From Eledone cirrhosa (lineage: Eukaryota), in the NCBI GenBank assembly GCA_964016885.1, contig OZ024742.1:40362001-40426000 (forward strand): 64,000 bases of DNA, written 5' to 3'. Both the position numbers and the translations under genes were made by a program. The notes under the pieces are model-generated. The model searched no databases. It worked only from the letters and a program-made list of their open reading frames with translations, and had not been told where the DNA came from. Below are positions 12,128 through 25,925 of the stretch, piece after piece (position 1 is the first letter of the stretch; every line of letters begins with the position of its first letter).

Positions 12128-12462
12128 GATGGCTGCAAACTCTGCTAAGAGTATTGCAATCGCTTGTCAGATTACAGAAAATGGTGCACTTTTAGGCTAT
12201 GACCAGCCACACAAACCTGTAACAAATCTATCATCATTATCATCATAATCATCATCATCATCATTTTACATCTGCTTTTCCCTGCTTGCAAGAGTGGGAC
12301 GGGCCCTATTCAGCACAGCATCTCTCTACTTGTCATGGTCCTTCGTCATCTCCTCCTTGAGCTTCAGCAACCTGAGGTCTGCTCTCACCACCCCCGCCCA
12401 TGTTTTTCGTGGTCTTCCTCTACTGTGTCTTCCTTCTACTGGCATTTCTTGGCACTTCTTTA

Positions 12463-13232
12463 TCTATATATATAAAACTGAGGATGTCTGTCTGTGTGTG
12501 GGGGAGTTTGAATCCCTAAAACTCGAGAAACACCCAGCCGACTATTTTCAAACTTTACACATATAATACTTATGTTTCAGGGAGCAAAAAGAATTTCAAA
12601 TTTTCAATGCCCTAGGTACCGCATTAGGAGATTTAGCGATCTCTCTCTATAATTCTTAGTCTGTCTCTTTTTAGATAGATACATACATATAACGTCGCGC
12701 TCTTATAATATCTGTCTGTATGTCTGGCAGTCTGCATTACGTCACTTCCCTGAGGATATCTGTGTGTGTGTGTGTGTGTGTGTGTGTGAGTTTGAATCCC
12801 TAAAACTCGAGAAATACCCAACCGACTTTTTTCAAACTTTACATGTGTATTACTTATGTTTCAGGGAGTGTTATGCACATAAAAAAAATCAACTTTTTGA
12901 TGAAAAACTGCATTTTTTCAGGTTTTTATGTTTTTTTTGTGGCGTTACGTCAGACCGATTTCCTTGAAGTTGTAACTATGTATTAGTCAGTCTCTTCCTC
13001 ATACCGAGAGCAAAGAAAATCCAACTTTTTTATGGCCTAGGGCCCGCATTAGGTGAAAGCCTGCATTTTTCCTGCCTCATCGAGTAAAATCTTAAAGATT
13101 ATCCAGCCATCAGAGTATTCGGTTTATTTTCTTTACATATTGTCCAGGCATGCAGTTTTTCCACGATTAGGTCTGTTGGCAGCCCGCATTGCAAAATACC
13201 TTATCTCGTGCAATGCCGGGTACCACTGCTAG
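12463..13232 (+). mobile_element. Non-autonomous Helitron (copy 2, internally deleted)
   Basis: 5'-TC and 3'-CTAG termini, A|T target. Same family as 2690-3612. Confidence 0.8.
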
Positions 13233-13429
13233 TATATACACAGTATAGTAAATAATAGAGTGAAGGCCATATGAAGTAGGGCATACATTTTATTCAGCTA
13301 TTATACATATTTCTGGGGTTGATGATTAGTTGATGTGATCACCATGTAACTATTGGCCTGAGTTCATCAGATAGCATTAAGAGATAAAGAAAAGTAACTT
13401 CTAAAGTTTATCGATACAATGGTAAACAT

Positions 13430-15153
13430 TTCGGGTTTGTGTCAGGCAAAAGTACCACAGACGCTCTTTTCATTGTACGACAACTACAGGAGAAGTACCT
13501 AGCTAAAAGTAAACCCCTATACTTAGCCTTTGTCGACTTGGAGAAAGCCTTCGACAGAGTCCCCCGTTCCATTATCTGGTGGGCTCTTAGAAAACTAGGT
13601 GTTGACGAATGGCTTGTGAGAGCTATACAAGCCATGTATAAAGAAACAGTGAGCAAGGTTAGAATTAACAACGAATATAGTGAAGAGTTTAGCGTAAAAG
13701 TTGGTGTCCATCAGGGCTCTGTTCTTAGCCCCCTACTATTCATTATTGCTCTTCAGGCTATAACAGAGGAGTTCAAGACCGGCTGCCCATGGGAACTCCT
13801 ATACGCAGATGACCTAACGCTCATAGCTGAATCAATGGCCGAGCTAGAGAGGAAATTCCAAACATCGAAGCACGGCCTAGAATCAAAAGGCCTTAAAATT
13901 AACATGGCTAAGACTAAAGTTCTAGTTTGTAGGAAAGAAAATAAGGCGCCGGTCCCTTCTGGGAAATGGCCATGCTCAGTGTGTAGGAAAGGCGTAGGTA
14001 GAAACTCCATTTTATGTCCCAAATGCAAAGTATGGGTGCATAAAAGATGTAGTGGGATCACAGGTAAGCTAACTAAGAACACAGATTTTACATGTGGCCG
14101 GTGCTCTGGTGCAATAAGTAGCAGCAAGTGCCCACAAAATACTAGCTCTTTCAACTGCGCAGAGGGTTCTATAGAAATAGTGGACAGCTTCCGTTACCTG
14201 GGTGACAAAATCAGCAGTGGGGGAGGGTGCTCTGAAAGTACAGTAGCTAGAGTCAGAACTGGATGGAAAAAGTTCAGAGAGCTTATACCACTATTAGCCG
14301 CTAAAGGGTTCTCCCTAAAAATGAAAGGCAGGTTGTATGATGCCTGCATACGAACAGCAATGTTGCATGGCAGTGAGACCTGGGCATTGTGTGCAGAGGA
14401 TATACGCAGACTAGAGAGGAATGAAGCTTGCATGCTCCGCTGGATGTGTAATAGTAATATACGTGAACGGCAAAGCATAAACGAACTAAGGAAAAAATTA
14501 GAAATAAGAGGGATCAGATGTTGTTTACTCAGAGAAGGCTACGTTGGTATGGTCACGTGATGCGCATGAAAGACGACAGCTGTATAACAAAGTGCAGGGC
14601 AATAAAGATAGACGGTAGCCACGGAGTAGGCAGACCCAGAAAAACCTGGGACGAGCTGATAAATTCCGACCTCACACATTTACACCTCTCCAAGACAATG
14701 TCACTGGACCGAGAGCTTTGGCGGTACTCAGTAATAGAGAAGACCCGCGTTACCTAAATACAAAGTAAAACCTACTACAGTCAGTAGGCATCTCTAACAA
14801 AATACACCCCCGTCCCACCACCCCCACCCCATCCACACCGCCCCTTTCAATGTAAAGTTATGTTGGTGCCACAAAATCCAGGCCGAAACAAATGAGATCG
14901 TGTAGGTGTCACGACAAAAAAAAAAACACACAGTCCACGCTGTAATGTGGCTGTGTAGGCAACATGGTAAAAACCTCCCAGTCCCACACTGTAAATGTGG
15001 TTGGTGTTAGGAAGGGCATCCAACTGTAGAAAACCCGCCAGACAGTCCTATGCGAGCAAGACAATCACTCTTGCCTCAAGTGGGAAAACTCCCGTCCAAA
15101 CCCATGCAAGCGTGGAACACGGACGTTAAACGATGATGATGATGATGATGATG
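13430..15153 (+). mobile_element. 5'-truncated RTE-clade LINE, subfamily A
   Basis: RT motifs FVDLEKAFD, QGSVLSP, YADD; PHD-like insert; RLRWYGHV..GRPRKTW; one frameshift near 14530; (GAT)n tail. Highly similar to 53396-55095. Confidence 0.95.
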
Positions 15154-15364
15154 AGAGCCTGTTCCATTCTAGCTGTGTGGCCACCTTATAAAACTTTTAT
15201 ATATATATAGTTCGGATCTAGCTGTCTCGACAGCCAGAGCTCAACCAGCAGGATCATGAATCTTTTCATATATATATGTAAAAGGTAAACAGAAATAACA
15301 ACACAATCGGTACAATATATGGAAGGGATATATTAGGTTAACGCTTGATATAACAGCAAGAGGG

Positions 15365-15400
15365 TCTTAACGTTTCGGACACTAGTCCTTCATCAGAAGA
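15365..15400 (-). ncRNA. Minimal type-I hammerhead ribozyme
   Basis: Minus strand: tctt-CTGATGA-a-ggac-tagt-gtcc-GAAA-cg-TT-aaga, with palindromic AACGTT at stem III. Confidence 0.7.
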
Positions 15401-16579
15401 AAGAATGAGAAATAAGATAGATTGAGGGGACGGGCGGGTTGGAATTGGAAAAAATGTCTTTAGATAAAAATAACAGGTCCATTCATGTTGACATCTCATG
15501 CAAAACTGTTGGTGCTGGCGTTTTGTGCATGATTTATTATTATCTACCTGAAATGGGAAAAAAAACATTTCGTAAAAAGAGCTATACTTGTGCACATCAC
15601 ACACCACTCTTCAGAGAGGTGCATCCTCATGAGGTGGAGAGAATACTTTACTGATCTCTTAAACTCGATCACAACAGCATCTTCTGATGTATATGTGATT
15701 CATCTGAGAGCAGTGACTAATCTCTCGGAGGCTAAAGTCACAAGAGTAATTAAAGAGCTCAAATGTGATTGTGAAGCAAACTCCTTTGTTACATAACGAA
15801 GATTGTAAGTACTTTCATTATAAAAAATATGAAGATGAACTGGAAAAAAAAAAAATAAATGCTTCTACTCTTTTAATATTTTCAATAATGTAAGTATTTA
15901 CAATCTCAATATCTCTGATATCTTTTCATAAGGTTTGTGATGGTCAATCTAGGAATAGAGTTTATATTAGTTTTACAATTGATTGTTTAAAAATCAAAAA
16001 ACGTCTTTTTTCTTAACATTTTGCAATAATTTAGTAGAAAATATTTAAAAATATGTTGGTAAATCCAAATGTTTATCTTAACTTGTCGATAGATTGTGAA
16101 AATTTGCAGTATTGAATTATAGACTTTAATTTTTAATGTGATGTAGTCATAGTGCTGTTTTTTTACTTTTCAAGAATGTTTTGTACTTTTTTTTTGCTAA
16201 TGTTTCACATGGTATAGAATATTAAGGGTTAAACAGTCATCAGATTTTTAAGTTAAAAATTATTTGAAGGGGATGAGGTTTAAAAAATAATATTTTCAGT
16301 CAGAAACCGATTAGATATTTACAGCTGCAGTAATATTTTGTCATATAAAATATAGATTTTTATTGGTTTGTGAAGAATATTTACATATTTTGTTTGTATA
16401 TGAAGTGTATAAATGTATTTTCTTTGTATTTGTAATTACATTTTCATTCCTAAAAATTTGAAATTGAAATAAAAGTTCTAGTTTTTGTTTACTAAATTGA
16501 TTGTGAAGTGAATTTCTTAAACATTTGGGTATGCTGTGTCCACATGACCTGGGTTTAAATAACAATAATAGACTAAACA

Positions 16580-17206
16580 GCAACAACAACAACAAGCATT
16601 ATAAAGTTATCTTCCCACTAAAGCCTTGCAGGGCCCCAAGACAAACTTCTCCATTTTTCTTTATCAACTGTAATCCAACTACCTGGTTTTTATTTTCTTC
16701 TCCATCCTCCCCAGGCATGTCTTTCTTCCACATTAATTTCCATCACTCCTCTTACCCAGTCACTTTCATCAATTCCTCAACAGATGACCCAACCATCAAA
16801 TTCCATTTGTTTTCACATTCCTCACTGGCTTTATTCCCACCATCCTCTGCAATTCATTCTTTGTCTTCATCTCCCTTAGTGATATTCTACTCATCCACCA
16901 GACTTTTCATTTCTGTTCTTTTCAACTTTTTCTGCTGCTCCATGTTCATCACCTACATGTTTCACTCCTATAAATCATGGCATTTCTCATGCATGCAGCA
17001 CACACCTTTCCCTTCAGTTTCAGTGACACTTTACTCCTTGTTAGCACACCACTCTGTTCCCAGAACTTTTTCACTCTTTGACACTGTCATTGAGTTTGAT
17101 TCACCACCTCCATTTAACATGTTTGCAAAGAAACAAAATAATTTGAAACCTTCCAGCTTTCCATCTTCTCACCATTCCCAAGATCCAATTCAATTAACTT
17201 TTTTGA
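16580..17206 (-). mobile_element. Old degenerate RTE fragment flanked by ~67-bp direct repeats
   Basis: The minus strand retains traces of LKGKVY..CMR.AMIY.SET with many stops. Direct repeats at 16501-16567 and 17207-17273. Confidence 0.55.
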
Positions 17207-17641
17207 TTATGAAGTGAACTTCTTAACCATTTGGTTATGTTGTGTCCACATGACCTGGGGCTGAATAACAATATCTGAACCACCAAATGTAATAAAACAA
17301 TTTAGTATGTCATGGCTCCAAACAAACTAAACCAATAGTTGATCAATTTAGTAGATAACTGATACCTGATGGAAGAAAAATCAATTGAGACAGGTCAGGT
17401 ATTGTTCATGATCAATGCATATTCCTGTAGGCATCCACACACCATGGTAAAAGGTATATAATGTTGAAAGGAAGAAATAAAATTTGGTGCTTCATTTTCT
17501 AAACATTTAGACATGACTGATAAAACGTTGTACATATGAATGTATGCTTTTATGTATGTGTGTGTACATGTGTAGGCACATGTATATGACATATATTTAT
17601 GTGTGTGTGTGAATATATATGGAGAGAATGATGAATATACT

Positions 17642-17696
<55 letters not shown>

Positions 17697-18507
17697 CATA
17701 ACATGCAGATATACATGTATATCTATATTCATATCTATATATATAGCGTGAAAAAAAGGACGTAAAATGATGATGATATATATATATATATATACATATA
17801 TATGCACTCACACACACATATATTTGTGTATGTGTGTGTATGTGATGTAATCATCATAATTGACATCCATGATTTTCCTCAAGGTAGAACATAAATGCAT
17901 TAAGCATATTTATTTCATGTCCTATGAATTGAATTTTTTTCAAACAATCCATATGAACAATACCTTTATTAAAATCAGCTTTAACCTTTTTGTTACCATA
18001 TTCTAATGAAATATATTGTCTATGGTTTTTAAATCATTTTTAAAAATGATCGTAATTTGGAGGGATTTAGTAACATAACTAACTTTCTCTTCATTAAGCC
18101 AATCTTTGAAAAATAACTTAAAGTTTCTTACATAAAATTATGAAGGATTTAGCAGAAAATATTTTAAAACAGTTTTGTTAATTCAAATATTTATAGTATC
18201 TTTACCAATAGAAAGTTCTTAGCAAAAGTTTTCAGTATTAGAGTAAAGCCTTTAAATTTTAATGCAATTTATTCATAGTGCTATTTTGATAATGCAGCTT
18301 CATGTGGTATATGTCATTAAGAGTTGAGTATCAATATTTAGTTATAGAAGCCATAATGAAAATTGATATTTTCTGAAAGATATTGGTGACTTCTGAATTC
18401 TATTTAAAATTTCAATATGCTGCCAAGATAAATAAAGAAAGATACATTATTTCAAGTTTTACATATATTGTTATATCATGTTTCTCATGAGGCTTACCAG
18501 GGCAGGA

Positions 18508-18560
<53 letters not shown>

Positions 18561-19335
18561 TTGTATATGTGTGTGTGTATTTGTAAGTGTATATATATAT
18601 ATAAATATATATATATATATGTGTGTGTGTGCGTGTGTGTAAATATGAATATATATGTGGACGAAAATGTATTAACTTCTCGCTCCATTGAGTGCTTTGT
18701 GACTACTTCAAACAATTCAATTAGTACCTGCTACATTGCAGCTACATCTTTGATTCATAACCAGTATTATATATATCATCATCGTCATCATCATCATTTA
18801 ACATCTATCTTCCATGCTAGCATGGGTTATATATATATATATATATATACACATACATATATATATTATATAAGTTTATTACTAATGCAGAGGTTCATTT
18901 AACCATTGCTTATATCAGTTTCCCCAGCATTAAGAAACTAAATGTATAAGACTCCTTCTTGCACAGGATGCCATTTTATTGCAGTGTTAACTCCCAGCTA
19001 TTGCAGGTTATCAATTTAGCTGAATGTATTAAAGCAACGCGAAATGAGGTGTTCTGCTCAAGAACACAATGCATCATAAAGTTCAGGAATCAAACCCACG
19101 CCATTATGATTCTAAGTCTAACAACCTAGCCACTAGGCCATGTGTAATCATATATCCGTATATATATATATATATGCATGTTTATATATACTAATTTGCA
19201 TGTGAATAAACACATGTTGATATGTATGTATATGTACGCATGTATATGCTCATATGTGTGGGTGCATGAATGAGGAAATAAAGCAACAGAGTGTGGGGGT
19301 AGGAGATAAGAAAGAGAGAGAGAGAATGAGAGACC

Positions 19336-19406
<71 letters not shown>

Positions 19407-20550
19407 CCTGATGCCAAGTATAAGCATCTCATATTTGATGCCAAATTTATCAGGTGGAACACATGAAAGTTTGTGCTGCAATCAAGCTGGCAGAGCAATG
19501 GTGGTGACCACCAAGCAACTAGCCAAGCAGTTAGTTTGCTAAACTGAAGCTGACATCTAGTGTGACATCTTTTTGGCACATATCTTTTCAACAAGGCACA
19601 AACCCATCAAAGCATGTGATTTATTTTATTATTATCTATTTCATTTTTACTTTTTCTGTTTGTTGACTCCTAATATCCTGTAATGAAACTGCATCAACAA
19701 GTCGTTCTTGAAAAAAAACAAAACGACATTATGACAGCATCAACAAGACATTCTTGAAAAGAACAAAACAATACTATGACTGCATCACATTAAGAATTAA
19801 AGTCTTTATTCTAATACTGCAAATTTTCACAATAATCTATCCACTAATAAAGATACTGTAAATGTATGAATTAACAAACCACTTGAAACTACAATAGCAA
19901 ATCATTCTGGAACAGTACAAAACAGCAGTATAACTGCACCAAATTAAATATCTTCCTCTTTGCTCACAAATTCCTGATAAAGATACTACATTTGAATTAA
20001 TAAACCTTTTTTAAGCAATTTTTTGCTAAATCATTACAGGATCTAAAATTATCATCTCCATCATCACCATCTCCACTGTTATCACCACCGACATCACAAT
20101 CATGACTGCTATTGCCACCAGGAAAAGTTTAATCTTGCCTGGGAGTCTTGGCTGAAAATTTCATTATAACCCTTGCAAATTATTTATGCCAACAAAATAA
20201 AAAGTTGGGTTCTTTAAATACTTTTGGGCCACTGATTGCAGCCTAGTCAACTCTGAGGGAACAAAGTTAATATAAAGAGTGTTGTAGAGTCCCTTGGAAT
20301 AAAAGTTCCTAGCTGGTATCTGGGAGATACAGCATTCAATTCTTCGTGGTGTCTGATAGCAACTTCTTTTCCATATTTAAAGGTGTTCACCCTATTTTAT
20401 ATGCTATTATATAGCGCCCATACAAGCATGGAAAAAATAGATGTTAAATGGTGATGATGATGATGATATATATCTATACGTACACACACAAACACATATA
20501 TATATCTGATGATATTAAATAAATGGAAACTATATTTATAAAACCATATT

Positions 20551-20613
20551 TATTCTATTATATATATTTCAAGGGTACCAAGACACATTGGTACACTTTC
20601 ATCAGATAAAATA
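20551..20613 (-). ncRNA. Minimal type-I hammerhead ribozyme
   Basis: tattttat-CTGATGA-aag.gtacca..tggtac.ctt-GAAA-tatata-TA-atagaata. Confidence 0.75.
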
Positions 20614-20747
20614 CAAAGTTTGTTTTATAAATAGAGACATACCCATGGAAATTATACCTTATCGGTTAGAAATTCACTGGATAGTGAATTTCCAACCGAT
20701 AAGGTATAATTTTCATGGGTATGTCTCTATTTATAAAACAAACTTTG

Positions 20748-20803
20748 TATTTTATCTGATGAAAGTGTACCAAGTGTACCCTTGAAATATATATAATAGA
20801 ATA
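20748..20803 (+). ncRNA. Minimal type-I hammerhead ribozyme
   Basis: tattttat-CTGATGA-aag.gtac-caagt-gtac.ctt-GAAA-tatata-TA-atagaata. Confidence 0.75.
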
Positions 20804-21148
20804 AATATGATTTTATAAATATAGTTTCCATTTATTTAATATCATCAAATGTTTATAACTGATTTATAGCACTCAACAGTTTACTGGAGTAAATATTTAA
20901 TATCATCAAATATTTACTCCAGTAAACTGTTGAGTGCTCTAAATCAGTTATAAACATTTATATTTGTCGGACTTCCAACAAATTAAATACCCTTTCTACT
21001 TATATATATATATATATATATATACATATATACATATACAACACACACATATATATATATAAGGGCGGTGCCCCAGCATGGCCTCAGCCGGATGGCTGAA
21101 ACAGGTAAAAGAGTAAATATACATTTGTATGTACATACATATGTACGT

Positions 21149-21257
<109 letters not shown>

Positions 21258-21796
21258 TACATACATACATACATACATACATACATACATACATACATAC
21301 ATACATACATACATACATACATACATACATACATGATGAATTCTGCAGTGAATTCAATTATGAGCATTTATTTGTTCAGCCAACTGAACAACGATCTCAC
21401 GAATTAGCATGTAAGTGATTGATTATTCCACAGACTTATGTCACCTTAACAGAATTCCCAAGCCAAATCAATATGACACAATTTATGACAAGGCTGGGCC
21501 TTTGAATGAGAGCTGCAATCCTCCTAATGTGATTTTATACAGTTTCAATCTACTTAATTTCACTCACAAGGCTTGGGTCAGCCCAAGGCTATGCGAAAGA
21601 CACTCAAGATGTTACACAAGCAGCATTGTGCGGGAATAGAAGGTTTGTATTAACCCATGGCTAGGACCTCAGTCTTTCAGTTAATTCATGTCCCTTCTGG
21701 GACTTCTATCTTTTACCTAACTAAAGCATAAAAGAATTTGATGGGCCTCTAGTCCCTGCAGAGGCCCTAGGCTTCAGCCTAGTTAACCTTATAAAT

Positions 21797-21973
21797 AATT
21801 GTTTCTACTTTAGGCACAAGGCCTGCAATTACCCCAGTACATTACTGGTGCTTTATTTTATCGACCCCGTAAGGATGAAAGGCAAAGTTAACCTCGGCAG
21901 GTTTTGGACTCAGTAAAGGGCCATAACACTATGTTACAAAGCATGGTGTTTGACGCTCTACTGATACTGCCAT
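21797..21973 (-). mobile_element. Meta-like SINE
   Basis: Same sequence family as 9478-9667. Confidence 0.8.
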
Positions 21974-22910
21974 AATAGGAGAGAGAATGAGTGGAGAGAT
22001 GGGAAATAATAGAGAGATGAGCAAAAGAGAAGTGAGACAGCATCAAAGAGATGTGGGACATATTACACGAGACACGAGAGACCCAAATGTAGATATGTAT
22101 TACCTTTCAACCTTTATCACTAGCTCTATACTTGTGCAATTTATCTTGTGTTCTGTTAACAACAATGGAAGCAATACACATAACAGTGTTATGTGTATTG
22201 CTTCCATTATAAATCATCTATTTTCTGGGGAAGCCTGTAGAGCATAGATAAATTGTTCACTAATGTTTTTCTATCTAGTTTTGTTTTGTGTTGGGAAGTT
22301 TAGTGGATTGCAATTGGTCTTTGAATTTGTATGGAGAGCTGATTTGAGAGTATCATACTTGTACGGCCAATACAATAGTTGAAGTCATTCAGTTTACAAC
22401 TTTCACATTTTCAATTCAATCTATGAACTACATTGGTCATTAGTAGCTTGCTCACAGGTTTAGATGCTTGAAGTTTGTTATTGACTAGAAGCATCTTTCA
22501 AATATATAATTATTCCTAGGTTATGGCTTTGTGCAATGCATTTGGTCTTGTTTTATGAGGTTTTCATAATGTGTTCATCTATTCTATAGTTAGTATGCAG
22601 TTAATTCATATAATAATACATTATGTGTAGTTGTGTATTTTTAATAGGTGTGATGGCTGATATATTTGTTGCAGTGACTCTGTGTCTGTATTATTCTATG
22701 GCTTGGCTTATTATTTTGCTTGAGTAATCATTGTGTGAGTTTGTTAGACAAAAATGATGCATTACCATATTTTTAGTGAAAGGCTGCCTATTAAAAATAA
22801 TCAAGAATGTTTAGGAATTTAGTAATATAACTAACATTTTCATTTTTAAGCTGGTGTTTGAAATACAACTTAAAAAACTTTCTTGCATAAAAGTATGATG
22901 GGAGGTTTAA

Positions 22911-23130
22911 CCCTTTAGCATTTACATAACTCTATATATACTATTGTATTTTTGTGTTAAAGGCTTACCTCACATAATTATCTCACATAATATCTAGTCT
23001 ACGAGATTTTTATGTTATTTATTTTGAGAACAATACCTTAACATTGGTATAAGTGGCCAGTTATGGCCAGTTTAAACAGAACGAGGTGAGAGAATTCTGC
23101 CCAGATATGGCTAGCTTAAATGCTAAAGGG
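22911..23130. mobile_element. piggyBac-type MITE
   Basis: TTAA|ccctttagcattta...taaatgctaaaggg|TAA, nested in an older TTAA-MITE family (22760-23210). Confidence 0.8.
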
Positions 23131-23279
23131 TAACATTTTAAATTGAACACTTTAAAACAGAGGGCTTGGTATCATAGAACCTGAGGCAGTTTGGTAGTTT
23201 TAGAAGGGTGAAAGTAACAATATAAACTTACACGAATCACTTACGTATTACTTTTGGAATAATATCACTACTGTTTAAT

Positions 23280-24345
23280 ATCACTACTGTTTCTTTTATA
23301 TTCACATTTCTTAACAGTCAGCTAGTAAGCTGATAGTGTCCTACCTCTATATAAGTATGTATACCGTTGTTTCTTTTATATCATAGTTACAAACTAGCGG
23401 CCAGGTATTTGATCACATTAATCTCCAGTTGACTTAAACAGTAGTTGAGGAACTAAATGGTATGTTCTTCTGGTTTTATAATTTCACAAAGTTTTACCAA
23501 TAGAGAGAGAGTCGGTTTCTAACATAGACACAAGACTCTCTCATTGGAATTTACACAACATCAACTAGGTAGATATGTATGTATGTCTGCATGCATGCAT
23601 GTGTAGATATGGATGTTATTGTATGTGTGGATGTGTATGTTTTGAGTTGTATGTGTGCATGTGTATATGCTTTGTATCTGTACATGTGTATATGCAGTTA
23701 TTAGACGCAACATTTTTGGAATGTTTTACATATTTTTACTGTTCCATTAATGGATTGTACTTGTAATTTCCTAACTAGTTGTGTTCTTTCTGTTCCTGTG
23801 AAGCCTAGCTTCTCAAGATTTGAATTGAGGCAGTTACTAACATATCCCAGTGCCCCAATAATCACAGGCATAAATCTGAAGGTGTAATCAGGGTGGAGTA
23901 TCTGCAGATTTCTCATCAATTCTGCATAAATATTCTCCTTTTCGCTAATCTTTGATATTATATTGGCATCTGCTGGGCAGCTAATTTCCACTACTGTGCA
24001 TGTTTTCTTCTCCCTGTCCCATATCATAATATCTGGTCTGTTATGCCTGCATTTTATTAGGGTTTTTACTGGAACATTCCACCAGTACTCTTTCATATTA
24101 TGTATATGTATGTCTTCCACATTGCTGTAGCTTTTAATGTGTTTATTATTGGGGCTATCTTTTCTACGGATTGCATTGTACAGTGTTTTGGCCACTACAT
24201 CATGCCTCATAGGTAGATAGTACCGCGATGACATCTTTGGACAGCTGCTTATGACATGGATGACATCTTCAATGTTAATTCTGCAAAGTCTGCATTTGTT
24301 ATCACATATAGGTGTTTTGCCTGCATCCCTATCCCTTTTGTGAAA
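23280..24345 (-). mobile_element. 5'-truncated non-LTR retrotransposon with restriction-like endonuclease (R4/Dong-like)
   Basis: Minus strand: CRLC...E...HVISSC zinc knuckle, RHD, NRPDI..D...VEISCP and PVIIGALG; stop at 23701. The 3'-UTR boundary is approximate. Confidence 0.85.
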
Positions 24346-24420
24346 TATGTATGTATGTGTGTATGTATGTATGTATGATGAATACTACTGTGATATATAT
24401 GTGTGCATGTGTGTGATTTT

Positions 24421-24648
24421 ATGCATATAGATATAGATGTAAAAAATATTAAAAATATATATATAGACATATTTTTCTCTATGTGTGTGTTTATATATAT
24501 ATATTATATGCTTGTATGCATGAGCATATATATATATATATATATGCTCATGCATACAAGCATATAATATATATATAAACACACACATAGAGAAAAATAT
24601 GTCTATATATATATTTTTAATATTTTTTACATCTATATCTATATGCAT
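24421..24648. repeat. Near-perfect spacerless palindrome centred on (AT)10
   Basis: Arms of ~113 bp mirror around 24535/24536 and differ only by about one TA unit. Confidence 0.95.
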
Positions 24649-24785
24649 TTCTACAGCTGAGTAAACTGGAGCAATGTGAAATAAAGTGTCTTGCTCAAGG
24701 AAACAACACATCACCCGGTCTGAGAATTGAACTCACAACCTTTCGATTGCAAGGCCAATGCTCTAACCACTAAGCCATGTGCCTC
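24647..24785 (-). mobile_element. tRNA-derived CORE-type SINE (5' part)
   Basis: Minus strand has A box tggcttagtgg, B box gagttcaattc and CORE-like ccttgagcaagacacttt..ctccagtttactcagctgtagaaatg. Near identical to 50515-50655. Confidence 0.8.
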
Positions 24786-24799
24786 TATTATATATATAT

Positions 24800-25030
24800 G
24801 AATTATTGACTCGATATTCTCATTTTTTCCTCTCTTTACGTTGCCTCACCATTCATGTTTGTTTACCTGTCTCTCTTTCTCCACCCAACTCTTTTTATCC
24901 CAATAACTTATTTTAGTTATTGCATCACCCTAGCCTGAGGTATAGGATCTGTAATGCGAAGAAATACTTATGATGGCTAGTAGACCACTGATGACGGATA
25001 GTCCTGGCTTCTATTTCTAATTCTTCATTT
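24800..25030 (+). mobile_element. Diverged second member of the rearranged-hammerhead family
   Basis: Aligns by eye to 5285-5490, with identical spacing of TA / GAAA / CTGATGA. Flanked by (TA)n. Confidence 0.65.
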
Positions 25031-25065
25031 ATATATATATATATACATATAGCACTATGTTTTAA

Positions 25066-25133
25066 ATTGCCTTGTCTGACGAACGAATGCGGACGTTTCT
25101 TGTATTCGTCTTATTCGGGAAACCTTTGGTAAT
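25066..25133 (+). ncRNA. Candidate minimal hammerhead
   Basis: attgcc(ttgt)-CTGACGA-a-cgaat..gacg..cgtc..attcg-g-GAAA-cct-TT-ggtaat, in a ~190-bp island between (TA)n tracts. Confidence 0.5.
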
Positions 25134-25321
25134 GAGGTAATTATATTGTATTGTTTATTACACATTAAATATTTAGCTCTGTAACTTACATAGAGCACTC
25201 TTCATTCCTCTGACTTTTTCAACGAAAACTTCAATACTTTTATATATATATATATACACATACATACACACATTTACAGGTTTAGCTAGCCTCCTACATG
25301 GTTGCATCTCGAAGGTTTCAA

Positions 25322-25520
25322 CCCTTTAGCATTTACATTACTCTATATTTACTATTATATTTTCATGGTAAATGTTTTACCTCATATAAAATCGAATCTA
25401 CGAGATTTTGATATTATTTATTATGAGAATACCATAAAATAAGAGTGGCTGGTTACAATCAGCTTGAACAGAAAGAGGTCAGAATTCTGGCCAAATATGG
25501 CCAGTTTAAATGCTAAAGGG
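25322..25520. mobile_element. piggyBac-type MITE
   Basis: Same 14-bp TIR. Flanks are tcaa and ttaa. Confidence 0.8.
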
Positions 25521-25659
25521 TTAATGATAGCAGCCCATAGTCCTATCACACACACGTACACATTTATAGGTTTAGCTGGCCTCCAAAACAGTTGCATCTT
25601 GAGTTTTTTTCATGATAATAGCCCTCAGTCCTATCACACACTAACACATGTCTGTCCTA

Positions 25660-25925
25660 AAGTCTGTCTCGAGAGGTATGTATCCCAGTACAACCTGTCT
25701 CATGGTCGGGTCGTTGGCGACTAAACTGGCAACCCCACCAAGGTTTCTTGGTGAGGAGGGTGACTTTGGACATTCTGCAGGACTAAAAACAAAACCTGTC
25801 AAAGGGCAAAGGAGCTCTTAAGAGTCAATGGCCATCCAAAATCACCGGGAGAGATGACCCCTTAGCCTTTGTCAAGGCAGAATTCTAGGAGAAGGAAAAC
25901 TCTGATATAACACCTGCAACCCTGA
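25660..25925 (+). mobile_element. Repeat resembling an RTE 5' leader, with a possible HDV-like ribozyme remnant
   Basis: ccagtacaacc..catgg..gtcgttggcgaCTAAactggcaacc is shared with 27787-27960 and 29088-29222. Confidence 0.45.

Larger units (their letters stand above)
20507..20959. repeat. Double fold-back element carrying two inverted hammerheads
   Basis: Palindrome 20507-20847 (loop ~20679-20682) followed by a second hairpin 20847-20959 (loop 20899-20907). Confidence 0.9.

Noticed and set aside
16525-17217. 230-aa Ser/Phe-rich ORF
   Set aside because: Antisense of a decayed purine-rich RTE fragment with no protein-family features.
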